64,000 nt of DNA from Mantamonas sphyraenae STR306. Lineage: Eukaryota > Protista > CRuMs. The translations under genes were made by a program, and so were the position numbers. The stretch covers positions 310,001-374,000 of the forward strand of contig JAPMXV010000046.1 of the NCBI GenBank assembly GCA_026936335.1, read 5' to 3'. The stretch's first letter is position 1; every line of letters starts with the position of its first letter. The notes under the pieces are model-generated. The model was not told where the DNA came from, did no database searches, and saw only the letters and a program-made list of their open reading frames with translations. This document shows positions 9,701 to 21,514 of this stretch, in pieces.

Positions 9701-12700
9701 TCACTCGTCGTGGGCCAAGGAGGCAGAGGAGGAGGAGGAGGAGGAGCCGATGGCATCCTCGCGTGTCTTGCCGGTCCACTTTTTCTGCCGCATCATGCGC
9801 AGGGCCTTGCTAAAGACCATGGGCATGGGTGGGAGCTTGACATCAAAGTCGGTCTTCATCTCGAGGGCCTTGATGTAGTGTTCGCAGGCCTCGTCGAGCT
9901 TGTCGTCGAGCTCGGTGCCTGTGAGACGTTCGGCTTCGAGGAGGCGTGCGTAGCCCTGCTCAAAAGAGACGAGATGCAGACTGTCGGTTTTCACGTAGAT
10001 TTCCTGGATGTCGCCGGGCTGGATGGGCTCGTCGCTGTTGAACCACTCTGGGTAGCGTTCGAGGCGCATGTAGCACTCGTCGGTGATCCAGACGCCAGCA
10101 CAACGAGCGACACGCAGGAGAAGGGCGTGGCGGGCCCACTTGAGACGGTCGCGCATCTCGCTGCCGGCGCCGTCGCCGCAAAAATCAAAGTCGTCCGGCG
10201 TGTGTGCGTCGACGAGTTCGGGCGACTCTGTGCTGGGGGCCATGAAGGAGAGCTGCATGCGCACGCGAATGACGTAGTTCCAAAAGTTGACGGAGCCGTT
10301 GCTGCTGCCGAGGAGCTGGTTGAGCAGATCGCGTGCGACCTCGACGTGGGTGTCGTCGGTAGAGTCTGCCTCTTCGCCCTCACGTCGCCAGCGGTCGCGG
10401 AGGACGTTCTTTGCGGCGCGAGCGACCATTTCCAGGAGGAGGAGGTCGGAGAGGTGGTCGTTGGTGACGTGTGCGCGCAACCAGGCGAGGTAGCGCACGT
10501 TGATGCCCTCCCTGTGGATCTGGACGATGAGATCGCGCAGCTCGTGGGGCACGTCGAGCACGTGCATTTGCTGGGACAGGCGCTCGTAGCGCATGTTGAG
10601 ATTCTGAGCAAACTGGGGCACGACGTCCCACTCGAGCAGCTGCGTGGCACGGTAGATTTCGTACCTGTTTTGCATGGAGGCTTTGCTGTCGTGCGGGTTG
10701 TAGTTCCAGCGGGAAAAGGTGTCTGGATTGAGCGGGCGGCGCAGGCGCTGGACAAACTCGGGTCGCAGGAGTCGGTAAAGGAAACTGCGTGTCGGGTGGT
10801 CGCGGGTGGCATACGAAGGCGGCAGCATGCGTGCGGTGTCCAAGAGATACAATCGTCCGTCCAGTCCCATGTGGCCTTCGATGTCGCCTGGGCCATACAG
10901 CTCAGCGCGCTGCTTTTGGTTGCGAGAAAACACGCTGTGGCCTTGGATGTTGTGGGACCTGCCCATGCGCTTCATGATCTGGTTGAACTCGGGAATGTCT
11001 GCGTGCACGCTCTTGCCTCCGTCGCACGAGCCGTAGATCAGCGTCGAGTCGTTGATTGGCACCAGCGAGGTGGCACTGAGACGGTAGCCGCGGTAGTTGA
11101 TAATGGCCATCAGGGGAAAGTGCAGGTTGGTCATGCGGTTCTCCAACGCATAGTTGATGTACATGGTCAGGCCCTTCATCTCGTGTCCGGCGGCCTTTGC
11201 CGCGCAGCCGTGGTTGTTGCCACCGTACACGCCCTTCCAGTCCAGGGCAAACTTGAAGAAAATCCCTTCTTCGATGTACTTGCTGCCGCCGGCCAGACCG
11301 CCCACGTGCATGGCCGGTTTGATTGTTTTCTGCTCCAGGGGCAGTGGCAACTCGGCAATGATCTTTTTGCCAATGGCCGCCGCACGCTGCGTAAACTCGC
11401 GTGCCAGCTTGCCAATGTGTGTGCACTTTTCAAAGTACTCCTGGTACGAGCGCGTGCCTCGGCCCAGGATCACCTGGAAGCGTTCGTTCCATCCGTTTTC
11501 GTCGCGGCTGCGCTCCTGCAACCTCTGCTTGAGCTGCTCCAGGTTGTTTTCCACGGCTTCCTTCCCGTCGTTTGTGGAAGCGGAGGAGGAGGTGGTGGTG
11601 GAGGAGGCCGGTGTTGGCGCAGGCTCCTGTGCGGTGGGTTCTGCGCCGTCGCCGTCGCCGTCGCCGCCTCCTGCTCTTCCTCGGGCTCCAACACAAAGCC
11701 AGACATGAGATCCTCGTCTTCGATGCTGTAGGCGCTCTCGATGCTGATGGAACCGCGTGTGACGAGGCGCTGAGGTGCAGTGTAGTTGAAAAACCCGTAC
11801 TGGTGGACTTTGAAGGCCTCTTCGCTGCCGAGCAGCTGCTGCACACGTCCCAGCTTCTCCTTGGAGCTGGATTGCGTGTCGCGCTGGAAGCCTGCGTACG
11901 TTTCGCGCACGTCGTCATCAAAGAGCTTGCCTGCGTCGGCGTCGGCGTCGGCGTCGTCGTCTTTGTCGTCGTCCAGATCAAAGACCATTTCCATCATCTC
12001 GTCACTGACGCTTGCGGCCTCGATGAGAGCGGCTTGCTTCTGCCTGCGCAGCATGACGTCGAGTTCCGGGTCGTAGGAGGGAATGGTGCCCTGGAGCTGG
12101 CTGACGAGCTTGGCGTAGCGCTTCTTGCGCATGTCGCGCTTGACCATGCCGAAGAGAAAGGTGACGGGCGGGATCTTGGGAGACATGGCAGGCTTGCGTT
12201 GCAAGGCTTGCAGGTAATACTGGCAGGCAATGGTGACGAGCTGGTAGCGTTCGCTCTCGAAGCAGTTTTCGGCTTTCATGAGGGCGGTGAAGCCCTCGAC
12301 GAGGGGCACGACATGGAGGGTGTCTACGCGCGGGCTGGCCTCGCGCAGGTCGTGTGTGTTGAGGGGCATTTCGGTTTGGAAGAGGTTGGGAAAGGTGTAG
12401 AGGCGACGTGTGGCCTGGCGTTCGACATCGATGTTGGCCAGGTGGACGGTGCGTTGAAAGAGACCAAAGAGGACGTCGTTGAGCTCGTGGTACAGGTCGA
12501 CAAAGAGGTGTTCGTTGACGGCGCCCTGCATAAAGGTGGCGGCCATCATCTTGGGGATGTCTGTGCGCCAGTAGGTTTCACTGGCTGCGCTGCGACCAAA
12601 GGCAAGGTTGAGCAGGTTGGCCTGGAGGGCCTGGTACGGGGCGGAGTACTGTGAGTCAAACAGGCGCATGCGTTCTTTGACGTCGTTCTTGATGACGCGT

Positions 12701-15700
12701 GCGGCCATTTCGCAGAGGAGCATCTGGCGTAGCAGGGCGTTCCCGCTGGCGTTGTACAGCATGGAGAGGTAGCGCACGTTGATGCCCTTTTTGTGGACAC
12801 GCAGCACCAGTTCCGACAGCTCGTCGGCCAAGTGGATGATGCTGATGGAGCCGACGCGACCGTAGTAGTCGTCCAGCTCTGCTGCAAGCTGGGGAATTTC
12901 CGTGCGAAAGAGGCGCACCGTGGCGTCCAGGAGGTTGCGATCGTGCCCCGAACTCTCTTCGCATTGGACAGCAAAGTAGGTGCAGGCGTCGGAGGAGAGG
13001 GGCTGCTCCATCCGCTGGACGTATTCGGGCCGCAGCATCTGAAAGAGATGGGAGCCCTTGGGCAGCAGGGACGTCTCCTTGACGGGAAACTGCGGCGGAA
13101 ACAGACGTGAGGCGTCGATGACGTAGAGGCGGTCGTCGCGTCCGTGGTGGCCCTCCATGTCGGCGGGGCCGTACAGGCGTACACTCTGACCGTGAAAGTC
13201 GCGCACAGGATGCTCGGCGAGGTTGAGGTACTCGGCCACCTTTTTCATCTGGGCGTGAAAGAGGCTGCTGCCAAGGATGTTCATGGCGTCGGAGGAGCCG
13301 TAGACGATGGTGTCGTAGGCGATGGGCAAATGCGGGGTGGCGATGAGTGTGTGGCCGCGAAACTCGATCACGGCAATGAGGGGCAGGTGCAGGTCTGTGC
13401 TGCCCGTTTCCAGGCAGTAGTCCAGCATGGCGTTTGTGCTCTTGAGCTCGTGGCGTGCCACCTTTGCGGCGGCCTGGACGGACTCGTACAGGCCAAACTT
13501 GTTGGTGCTGCTGTGCTTGAAAAAGATGCCCGACACAAGATACTTTTCGCCTCCTGCGACGCCGCCGACATTGACGGGCTTGATCATGGCGTCTTTGGCC
13601 GGCACGTCGAGGTCGGCGATGATTTGGCGGCCGATCTCGGACGCGAGTTGGGTGAACTTGCGGCAGACGGCGCCGAGGGCCTGGTACTTGCGAAAGTAGC
13701 CGTCGTAGGAGGTGATGCGCTTCTGCATGATGCGCTGAAATTCGGCGTTGAAGTCGAGGCTCTCGTGGGACTCGTCAAAGTGGGCGTACTTGTGGGAGGT
13801 GCGTTCGAGGTGGCTCTGCTTGAGCATCTGGCAGTGCTGGTAGCGGAGGCCGTGGAGGTTGAGGGCCGGTGCACGGAAGGCGTCGTCTTCGAGGGCGTCG
13901 ACAATGGGGTTGTGGATGCGCACAAACATGTGCTCGTCGCCATGTGGCTTTTTGCTCTCGCAGCGCTGGCACAGGTTGTAGTTGCTGCAATGGATGCACA
14001 TGTAGCGTACGCCTGCGATGGCCTCGACGCTGCGTACACGGGAGATGTTTGTGCCTGCGGCGGCCTCTGCCTCTTCGAGACAATAGGAACAGCACTGGCG
14101 GTGGCGGGAGGCCATTTCGTCGAGTTCCATGACGGGCAGCTGCGGGACGCGGCCGCCCTTGAGGACACGCAGGGGACGGCGGAGCTTGAGAAAGATGTGA
14201 TTTGCATGGTGGAGTTTGGGTGCGCGGTCGATACAGTTGGAGCAGGCGTTGACGTCGGGGCACATGAGGCAAAGGTAGCGGGAACTGCGGATGTGGCCGT
14301 CTGAACAAAAGGTGCACGAAACTTCGTGGCGGACGTTTGCGTACTCGTCGACAGACTCTCTGTCCCAGTCGTAGTCGTCCCAAATGTCTTGGGAGTGGGA
14401 GATGGAGGAGCGGTGGAGTGTGGTGGCGCCTGGTTTGGCAGCAGAGGAGAACGAAGAGGAGGTTGTGGATGAGGAGGCGGACGCGCTGAGGGATGGGGTC
14501 GAAGAGCGGCTGTCGCTGTCCGAGGTGAATGCGCCGTCGTCGTCGTCGTCGTCATCGTCATCGTCATCATCATCGTCATCGTCGAGGTCGTCGTCGTGAA
14601 ACTCCGAGGTCAGTTCGGGCACAAGGATGTCGCGGTCGGCTTCGATGCGGTCGATGAGGTCCTGGGTGGAGCGCTGGTTGACAAGGCCGGCAAAGTTGTC
14701 GAGGGAAAGGTAGACGGTGTCCTCGGCGCCGACGCGGAGGTCTGCACGCATGCCGGAGTAGGCCTCGTGGAGTTTTTCCCATGTCTCGTCTTCTTGGTCA
14801 ACAAGGGAGAAGCCCTGGTCGTGAGATTGGACGCGGATTTCGAGGGAGCGGTCGTTGTCGCGCTTGAGGCGTGAGAGATCAAAGATTTGGGCGGCGACGT
14901 TGACGTCCATGCTGTTGTCGCTGATGTCGAGGAGCTGGAGGTGTTGGGAGTGGATGATGGGCGACATGAGGGTCTGGCCGCCCTTGTTGCGCAGAGAGTT
15001 GCCGTGGAGGTCGAGGAAGCAGAGAGGCAGGTCGGGCTGGGTGAGCAGGGAAGCAAGATGCGTGGCTCCTAACGGGCCGATCTCGTTGTTGGCCAGATTG
15101 ACCGAGGTGAGGGTGGGGATGGCACGCATGAGGTCGAGCAGAAGGGCGCATGCGTCGCTGGGCAGTTCGTTTGCGGCGAGGTCGAGGTGAGAGAGGTGCG
15201 GGGCCGGGGTCGGGTCGTCGTCGTCGCCGCCGTGGTCGCGCAGGGCGTCGAGGAGAATCTGGAGGCCGTCGAGGTGGATGGCGTTGGAAGCGAGGGAGAG
15301 GTAGTCGAGGGAGGGGCTGGAGAGGAGGGGCTGGATAAGGTGCATGTGGTCGGGGCCGAGATTGTTTGCAGAGAGATCAAGGTGTGTCAAGGAGGAGAGG
15401 GCGGCGAGCGGGGGCACGAGGTCGGGGATGGAGTCGGCGAGGGCATTTGCACTGAGCTCAAGGTGGGAGAGGTTGGGGAAGGAGCGGGCGATGCGGAGGA
15501 GGTTGCGTTTGCTGTTTGCGACGGGGTTGCGATTTGTCAGGAGGGTGTGCAGGGTGTTTGCCGAGTAGGTGGCGGCGGAGGTGAGGAGTTGGCGCATGTT
15601 GTGTTCCAGGATATTGTTGTCGCTGACGTCGAGGACCTCGAGGTGCGGGTTGAGGGCGAGCTGGTCGAGAAAGGGCCGTGCAACCTGCGGGTGCTTGAGG

Positions 15701-16158
15701 ACGTTTCGGCGGAGCTCGAGCTTGCGTGCTTGTTTCCACAGCTCGAGCTGCTCGGCGGTGGGGGGCTCGATGGTCTGTTCCGAGGTGACGGAGTAGATGG
15801 TGGCTTGGAGGCGGAGCTGACGGGCGGACGGCGCGGTGTGCGCCTTGGGTGGGGAGGTGGAGGCGGAGAAGAGTCGGGTGGAGGAGGAGGCGGTGGCAGA
15901 GGCGGAGGAGGAGGATGTGGTTGTGGGGGAGGAAGGGGCGGACGTGGTGGTGGTTAGGTGGGTGGAGTTGAGGGTGGTGAGGGAGGAGGACGGGTCGAGG
16001 GGTTGGTGGGAGTGGGTGTCCAGGAGGGAGGTGATTTGAGGATCGATCGACGCTTGCGCAGCGAGGAGGGCGTCGTGGATGGTGGCGGTGGTGTCCAGGG
16101 TGATAGAGTGGGAGTGGGTATTGTGGAGGATGGTGAGGGTTGTTTGGAGGGAGGACAT
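9701..16158 (-). CDS. Large LRR + two ZZ zinc fingers + two Clu-like domains (~2150 aa); one apparent frameshift at ~11667
   Basis: ATG 16158 (MSSLQTT); RI-type LRRs; ZZ fingers CTFC...CLMCPDVNACSNC and CSYC...CIHCSNYNLCQRC; Clu-like motifs GGVAGGEKYLVSGIFFK..ARHELK..GPADMEGH.G.DDRLYVID and GGLAGGSKYIEEGIFFK..AGHEMK..GPGDIEGH.G.DGRLYLLD. The second ORF (9701-11554) has no own ATG and joins by restoring one base. Confidence 0.75.
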
Positions 16159-16279
16159 GGTTTGCGTTGGAATGGGTGAGGAGGCGAGGAAGATTGGACA
16201 ACAGACGACATGAGCCCAATCATGAGGAATGGGATCTTCCAACACCACCACCACCACACCAGCCACAACGATCCATTCC

Positions 16280-16744
16280 TCACACACACCTTCCGCGTAG
16301 CATTGCCACCACTCCGTCTCGCCCACTTGCTTTTGCAAGGTCCAACGCGGTCTCACCACTCACTTTCCCAGCATTTGCGTCTGCGCCACTCTCCAGAAGC
16401 ATCCAAACTATCTCTGGGTCTCCTCGAGCACAGGATGCCAACAGCGGCGTCCACCCTTGAACCGCCGAACGGTTCACATCGGCTCCCCTTTCCAGCAGCA
16501 CAGCAACAACACCCACTCTGCCTCTCCTCGCCGACACCATCAACGGTGTGAATCCATATCCGTTCGCCTTGTCCACCTGTGCTCCTCTGTCCAGCAACAA
16601 CTCCACCGTTCCCGTGTGGCCGTTCTGTGCTGCAATGTACAACGGCGTGGCTTCCTCTTTCGTGCCATCCACATCTTCTCCCCTGTCCAGCAACATGGCC
16701 ACTGTTTCCGTGTGTCCGTCCTGTGCTGCAACAAACAAGGCCAT
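16280..16744 (-). CDS. Small ankyrin-repeat protein (~4-5 repeats)
   Basis: MALFVAAQDGHTETVAMLLDRG, TPLYIAAQNGH, TPLMVSARRG, TPLLASCARG, TALDLA. Confidence 0.85.
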   Translation of the reverse strand: MALFVAAQDGHTETVAMLLDRGEDVDGTKEEATPLYIAAQNGHTGTVELLLDRGAQVDKANGYGFTPLMVSARRGRVGVVAVLLERGADVNRSAVQGWTPLLASCARGDPEIVWMLLESGADANAGKVSGETALDLAKASGRDGVVAMLRGRCV

Positions 16745-16834
16745 TGTCCAAGACTGAATGCAACACCAACACCTTGGTTCTGGCAGCGCGTGCCTCCCAC
16801 ACATCCCTCACACTCCAAATCGCCGGCTTTCAGT

Positions 16835-18439
16835 TCATTCCCTCCTCACCTTTTTGTTCTTCCTCCCCCCGAATGCCCTCCACCGCTGCCTCTGCTTCCC
16901 TGCCTTTCGCTTCACTCCACCCTCCCCCTCCTCCTCCCTCCCTTGCTCCTTCTCGTCCTTCCCTGCCTCCACCACCTCGTACTCCTCCCCCATCCCTTCG
17001 TTAACCTCACTCTCCTCCCTCTCCGCCTCCTCCAAGGCCTCTGCACTCGTGCCATCCTCCTTCTCCTCTGGCCTTTTCACCCGAGCCACCGCCTCCTCCT
17101 CCATGTGCAGCCCCTCCCTCAGGATCCCTGCGGCGTCATTCTGCACAGCCTCCCCAAAGTCCACCCCGGCCACCTCCTCCACTCCACTCTCCACATACCC
17201 TTTCAATACAGTCAGCAAATCCAACATCAACATCGCCTGCAGCGAATCGCACAACTCTTGCTCTCCGTTCACCACAATGGCCGCACGAAGCATGCACTCA
17301 TCCGAAGCCGTCCGCGCGACCTCCACATCCAACTCGCTCTCTGCCAATTGTTCCTTCCTGTGAACCAGCAGCCTGCAGATCTGCCCAAACACCATCGCCA
17401 CTTGCGTCCGATCCGCCCACGTTGTGTCTCCCACCAACTGTACTCCTGTCCCATTCGCACTGCTCCCTCCCGTCGTCAATGCACCCACCATGCCTTCATG
17501 CATCACACACAGCACCGTTGAAAACAGCAGATCCGGGAGCATATCTTCCTTTGAAAACATCAGCGCGTTCACACGCTGCTCAGCAGACAGCACTCCCATC
17601 CACTCCTCCCACCGCTTTTTCATCGTCTCATCAACCCCCACCAGTGCCTCTGCATCCAGACGCATCATGTCTCGGTCGTTCTCCCGCAGCACAAACCCGT
17701 ACCTGTACAACAGCGCGTGGTTCGACTGCTCGCCCGCATACTCTACCAGCAGCTGCTCACCACGACGCACGTCACGGACACAAGTCACCTCTACATGCGT
17801 CTCACCCACCACCACAGCCACATTCTGCTGCTCCCTGCTCTCGGCGTGGTTCAGCATGTCCGCAACAGGCACAAGCATCGCACGCTTCTCCTCTCCCTCT
17901 TTTGAACACACGACACCACGCGACAATGCGATACACAACGCATCCCGAAACTGTGCCAGTGACGCATTGGGGAACCACTCTGTGTGCGCATCAACCAGTT
18001 CCGCAACCGTCTCTGTATACAGCGTCTCCACTGCCTTCCGAGAATACAACGGGTGGGGCGTAGTCGGTTCCAGCCACGCCGTCTGCTCATCGTCCCAACA
18101 GCACGGAAGCTGGGGTTTGTGCTCTGCACACAGCGTCAGATGCGCTCCGTACGGTCCGTCTTGCCCTCGCGTCGCCTGCTCGTGCATCACCAGGAGCGCC
18201 AGACGCACGTCTGCATCCAACAAGTCAGCTTGGCTCTCCAACCACGCAGCGACCGCGTGTTCCCTGCTGAAACCCAAGCAGTGGCCCAGGCCCACCCGCA
18301 TGACACGCGTCCCTGCAGGCAGCGCCGCCAGCGCAAGGACACCCTGACCCATGCGTCGAAATGCATGAAACGGCTTTACGCGCACATCCACCTCCACGTC
18401 GTTGCCTTTGCTACTCTGCTCTGCAATCCACTCGTCCAT
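16835..18439 (-). CDS. SET-domain protein methyltransferase, Rubisco-LSMT/SETD3/SETD6-like
   Basis: GQGVLALAALPAG, ALSRG, LVPVADMLNH, GEQLLVEY..QSNHALLYRYGF. Start 18439 (MDEW) or 18478. Confidence 0.85.
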   Translation of the reverse strand: MDEWIAEQSSKGNDVEVDVRVKPFHAFRRMGQGVLALAALPAGTRVMRVGLGHCLGFSREHAVAAWLESQADLLDADVRLALLVMHEQATRGQDGPYGAHLTLCAEHKPQLPCCWDDEQTAWLEPTTPHPLYSRKAVETLYTETVAELVDAHTEWFPNASLAQFRDALCIALSRGVVCSKEGEEKRAMLVPVADMLNHAESREQQNVAVVVGETHVEVTCVRDVRRGEQLLVEYAGEQSNHALLYRYGFVLRENDRDMMRLDAEALVGVDETMKKRWEEWMGVLSAEQRVNALMFSKEDMLPDLLFSTVLCVMHEGMVGALTTGGSSANGTGVQLVGDTTWADRTQVAMVFGQICRLLVHRKEQLAESELDVEVARTASDECMLRAAIVVNGEQELCDSLQAMLMLDLLTVLKGYVESGVEEVAGVDFGEAVQNDAAGILREGLHMEEEAVARVKRPEEKEDGTSAEALEEAEREESEVNEGMGEEYEVVEAGKDEKEQGREEEGEGGVKRKAGKQRQRWRAFGGRKNKKVRRE

Positions 18440-18476
18440 GGGTTGCGCTCCGGCGCGCAATCCGACCCCTTTGACC

Positions 18477-19069
18477 ATTTCATCCTCGTCCACAGCCGCA
18501 GACACACTCTATGAGATCCTCGGCGTGGATGACTCGAGTGATTACCAGGTGATCAAATCCGCCTACCAGGCCCTGGCTCGCCAACACCACCCGGACAAGC
18601 AATCCAGCAGCAGCAAAGACCAGGCGGACTCTCGCCTCTTTCAACGCATCCACGTCGCCTGGCTCACCCTGCGTGACGACGCCGCACGTGCTGCCTATGA
18701 CAAGGCCCTGCAAGGTGTGTGACTACAGCCCCACTGCTCTTCCTCGGCTGGTTTCTCCGCACGGAACTGCGATTTTGTGCATGCGTTCCCCTCACACGGC
18801 GTTTCTTCCTCCCTCCAGAGCAAACCCTGCGCCAGGACGCCCCCGTCATGGCCGCTGTCGACATGGACGACCTTGACTGCCACGAGCTCGACGACGGCGA
18901 CTTTGAGTTTCGCCACCCGTGTCGCTGCGGCGACGAGTATCGCATTCGCCTCACCCAGCTCCGCCAAGGGTTCACACGCGTCCTCTGCCCCTCCTGCTCC
19001 TTTGCCATCACCATCACCAACATCGACAACGACATTTGGGACATGGAAGACGACGACGAGACGGGATAG
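18477..19069 (+). CDS. DNAJC24: Diphthamide biosynthesis J-protein DPH4/DNAJC24 (J-domain + CSL zinc finger)
   Basis: Exons ~18477-18714 and 18819-19069; TLYEILGV...HHPDK...LRDDAARAAYD plus HPCRCGDEY...CPSCS. Start uncertain (ATT at 18477 or ATG at 18438). Confidence 0.88.
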
Positions 19070-19124
19070 AAAGGTGAGAACACAGCTGCACACGCCCGAC
19101 TTTTCTCCCCAGACGCCTCCAAGA

Positions 19125-19227
19125 CGCAGTGCAGATGACGATAACGGGCTAATAACCCATTTCGACACCGACGTGCCCCCTTTGGGGGTACACTGGGACA
19201 CCTAGCGGATTTCTCCGATGCACTGCG
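19125..19227 (+). ncRNA. Probable box C/D snoRNA guiding LSU rRNA 2'-O-methylation
   Basis: 9-bp terminal stem CGCAGTGCA/TGCACTGCG; box C-like ATGACGA 19135-19141; box D-like CCGA 19215-19218; guide TAGCGGATTTC complementary to GAAAUCCGCUA of LSU rRNA; internal hairpin GTGCCCCC-TTT-GGGGGTAC; T-run downstream. Confidence 0.65.
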
Positions 19228-19261
19228 CTCCTTGGTTCTTTTTTCCCATTTTGCTTTCCTT

Positions 19262-20929
19262 TCAATCCCGCTTCGACGAGCCAAAGCCCTGACTGAGGCC
19301 GTGCAATTGCTTCACATGCTCACGCATGCCCATTAGATGCACCCGTGCAGACCGTGTACGCTTGCGCTGCGCCAGCCGCGCCTGCCGTTCGTCCGCAGAC
19401 AACAAAGTGACGTGTTTGTCATCGTCTTCTCCTCCATGATCATGGTGATCGTCATCCACATCGTCACTCTCATCCACAGGATACTGGGACAGAGCCGTGC
19501 GCACTCCCTGTTGGGCTTCCGCCCACAGCGACTCCAGATCCGGGAGCTGAAGAAACAGATGCCGCGGATGGCCATCGTCCGCCACTGCCACGAGCCACGC
19601 CGTGAGCCAATGCCTCCAATACAGTCCATCCTCCTCGTCGTCGCATTCCAACCCTGCCGTCAGCGCCTCGGTCAGCGTTGCCAGCCATTCCTCCTGTTGC
19701 ACCGTTGGATCCAGCATCGCAAACAACAGCTGCACCATTGCAGTCGCCGCATCGTCCTCACGCTCCTCCAGCAACTTCCTCGGCAGCAAATCGGCATATC
19801 TGCGTGCGCCTTGTACCAGTACATGCAGGATCTGCGGTTCCAGGGGCTGCGCCAGCTGCAGCCTGCTCCACAGCGAGGTTCGCTTTGTCAGCCGCCCTGC
19901 CAGACTGGACTTGCGCTGGCTCGGCGCCATGCACAGATACAGCAGGAGCACACTCGCCACAGCCGGCAGATGCACAGACGACGCCTCCCGCGAGCAATCC
20001 AGCAACGCGTCCAGGAACCCGATGTGCTTGTGCACAACGCTCCACAGCCGCTTGCTCACCGACGGCGCCACCGTCTCGGCACGTTCCATGGCTTTCGTGC
20101 TCACGCTCGCCAGCATCGACAGTGAAATCAGCGCTTGCAGCGGCACCTGTCCTGTCTCTCGCATGATCACTTCCGCCTTTTCGCTCTCCAGCTGGCCTAG
20201 CGCAAGCTCCAGCACCTCTCCACTCTCTCCCAGCTGCGCACACGCATGTTCCATCAGCACACTGTAGTATGTGGGCAGGGCATCCACACATGCTCTGTGC
20301 AACGCCTGCACAGCCTCCTGCGACGCCATGCTTGCCACGTACGCCAATCCCTCTGCCTCCTCGCCCTCCATTGTCCCGTCCATCACCTGTTGGCACTGTG
20401 TGGCACACCCGTGCAGTCGTGCTGCCACGCCAAGGCACGTCCTCTGCACTTTGAGTTCCTCGTACCGTTCCGGCCGCACCGCAGCCATTACAGGCACCGG
20501 GACGGTCGCCAATACGTCGCAAACACGCTGCACTACAGTGTAACCATCCAACTGTGCCCTTGCCACCCCATCCACCCGGTCCGACGTGTCCCCTTGGCTT
20601 CCGCCTTCCAGGGGTTCCCACTCATCTCCGCTGTCGTCCAAGTTCTCAACCTCCTGCTCATCGTCACTGTCCTCTTTGTTCCCCTCCATGGCCATGGCCG
20701 CGAGAAGATCGTCCAGTGATGCGTCTGTGTCCCGTGGCACCGCTGCAGGCAAATCCGCAACAAACGCTGACAACGCAGTCACATCTGCACACTGCAGCGC
20801 ACAGTCCACCTGGTGAATGTACACAAGGGCAGCCATTTCTGCAAACAAGTGCGCCTTGCTTCCCTCGGGCGTCTCCTTTGCCTCATGCGTCGCCTCCACC
20901 CCGCCCAGAGACTCCGACACAATCACCGA

Positions 20930-20960
<31 letters not shown>

Positions 20961-21400
20961 GACGACTCGCTCTCTTCTGGTCCATGAGTCACCAACACAG
21001 GCTGGAAAGTATCGTCCAGGTGCGTGTTTGCGCTCGTCTGTGTCGTGGACGCCTGCAAGCTCTGCGCTCCGCTTTCCAGATTCTCCAGCAGTTTCGGGGT
21101 GAGGCCCAGGGGCGCTTTGAGCAGCTCTCCTTGCACACACACACTGTACACATGCCCCAGCAGAGCCCTCAGCTCATCTTCATCCACCTGGGGAAAGTCG
21201 TAGCCGAGCGCGGCGTGCACGCGCTGGAGCCGCTGCTCCGCCGTTTCAGGCTCCACCTCTGTGCCATGCAGTGCACGCAAGGCCAGTCGAAACGACTCTT
21301 CGCTACCCTCGCCCTGCCCGGACAGCGTCAAAATGTCCTCTGCGCTCACCGGGATCCCGTCGTCGCCGGCCTCGTCGTCAAACGCCCATCCGTCCGACAT
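19262..21400 (-). CDS. Hypothetical, probably alpha-helical protein
   Basis: Long ORF from ATG 21400 (MSDGWAFDDE) to FGSSKRD*; protein-like composition; no family recognised. Confidence 0.65.
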
Positions 21401-21514
21401 GCCCCACAGTAGGTGTGTCTGCACCAGCGCACAGTGGCCAATCACACACCTCCCGTCGTGTCTTGCCTTGCCTTGTTCGTTGCCCAGCCCTGCCCCATCC
21501 CACCCACCCATTCC

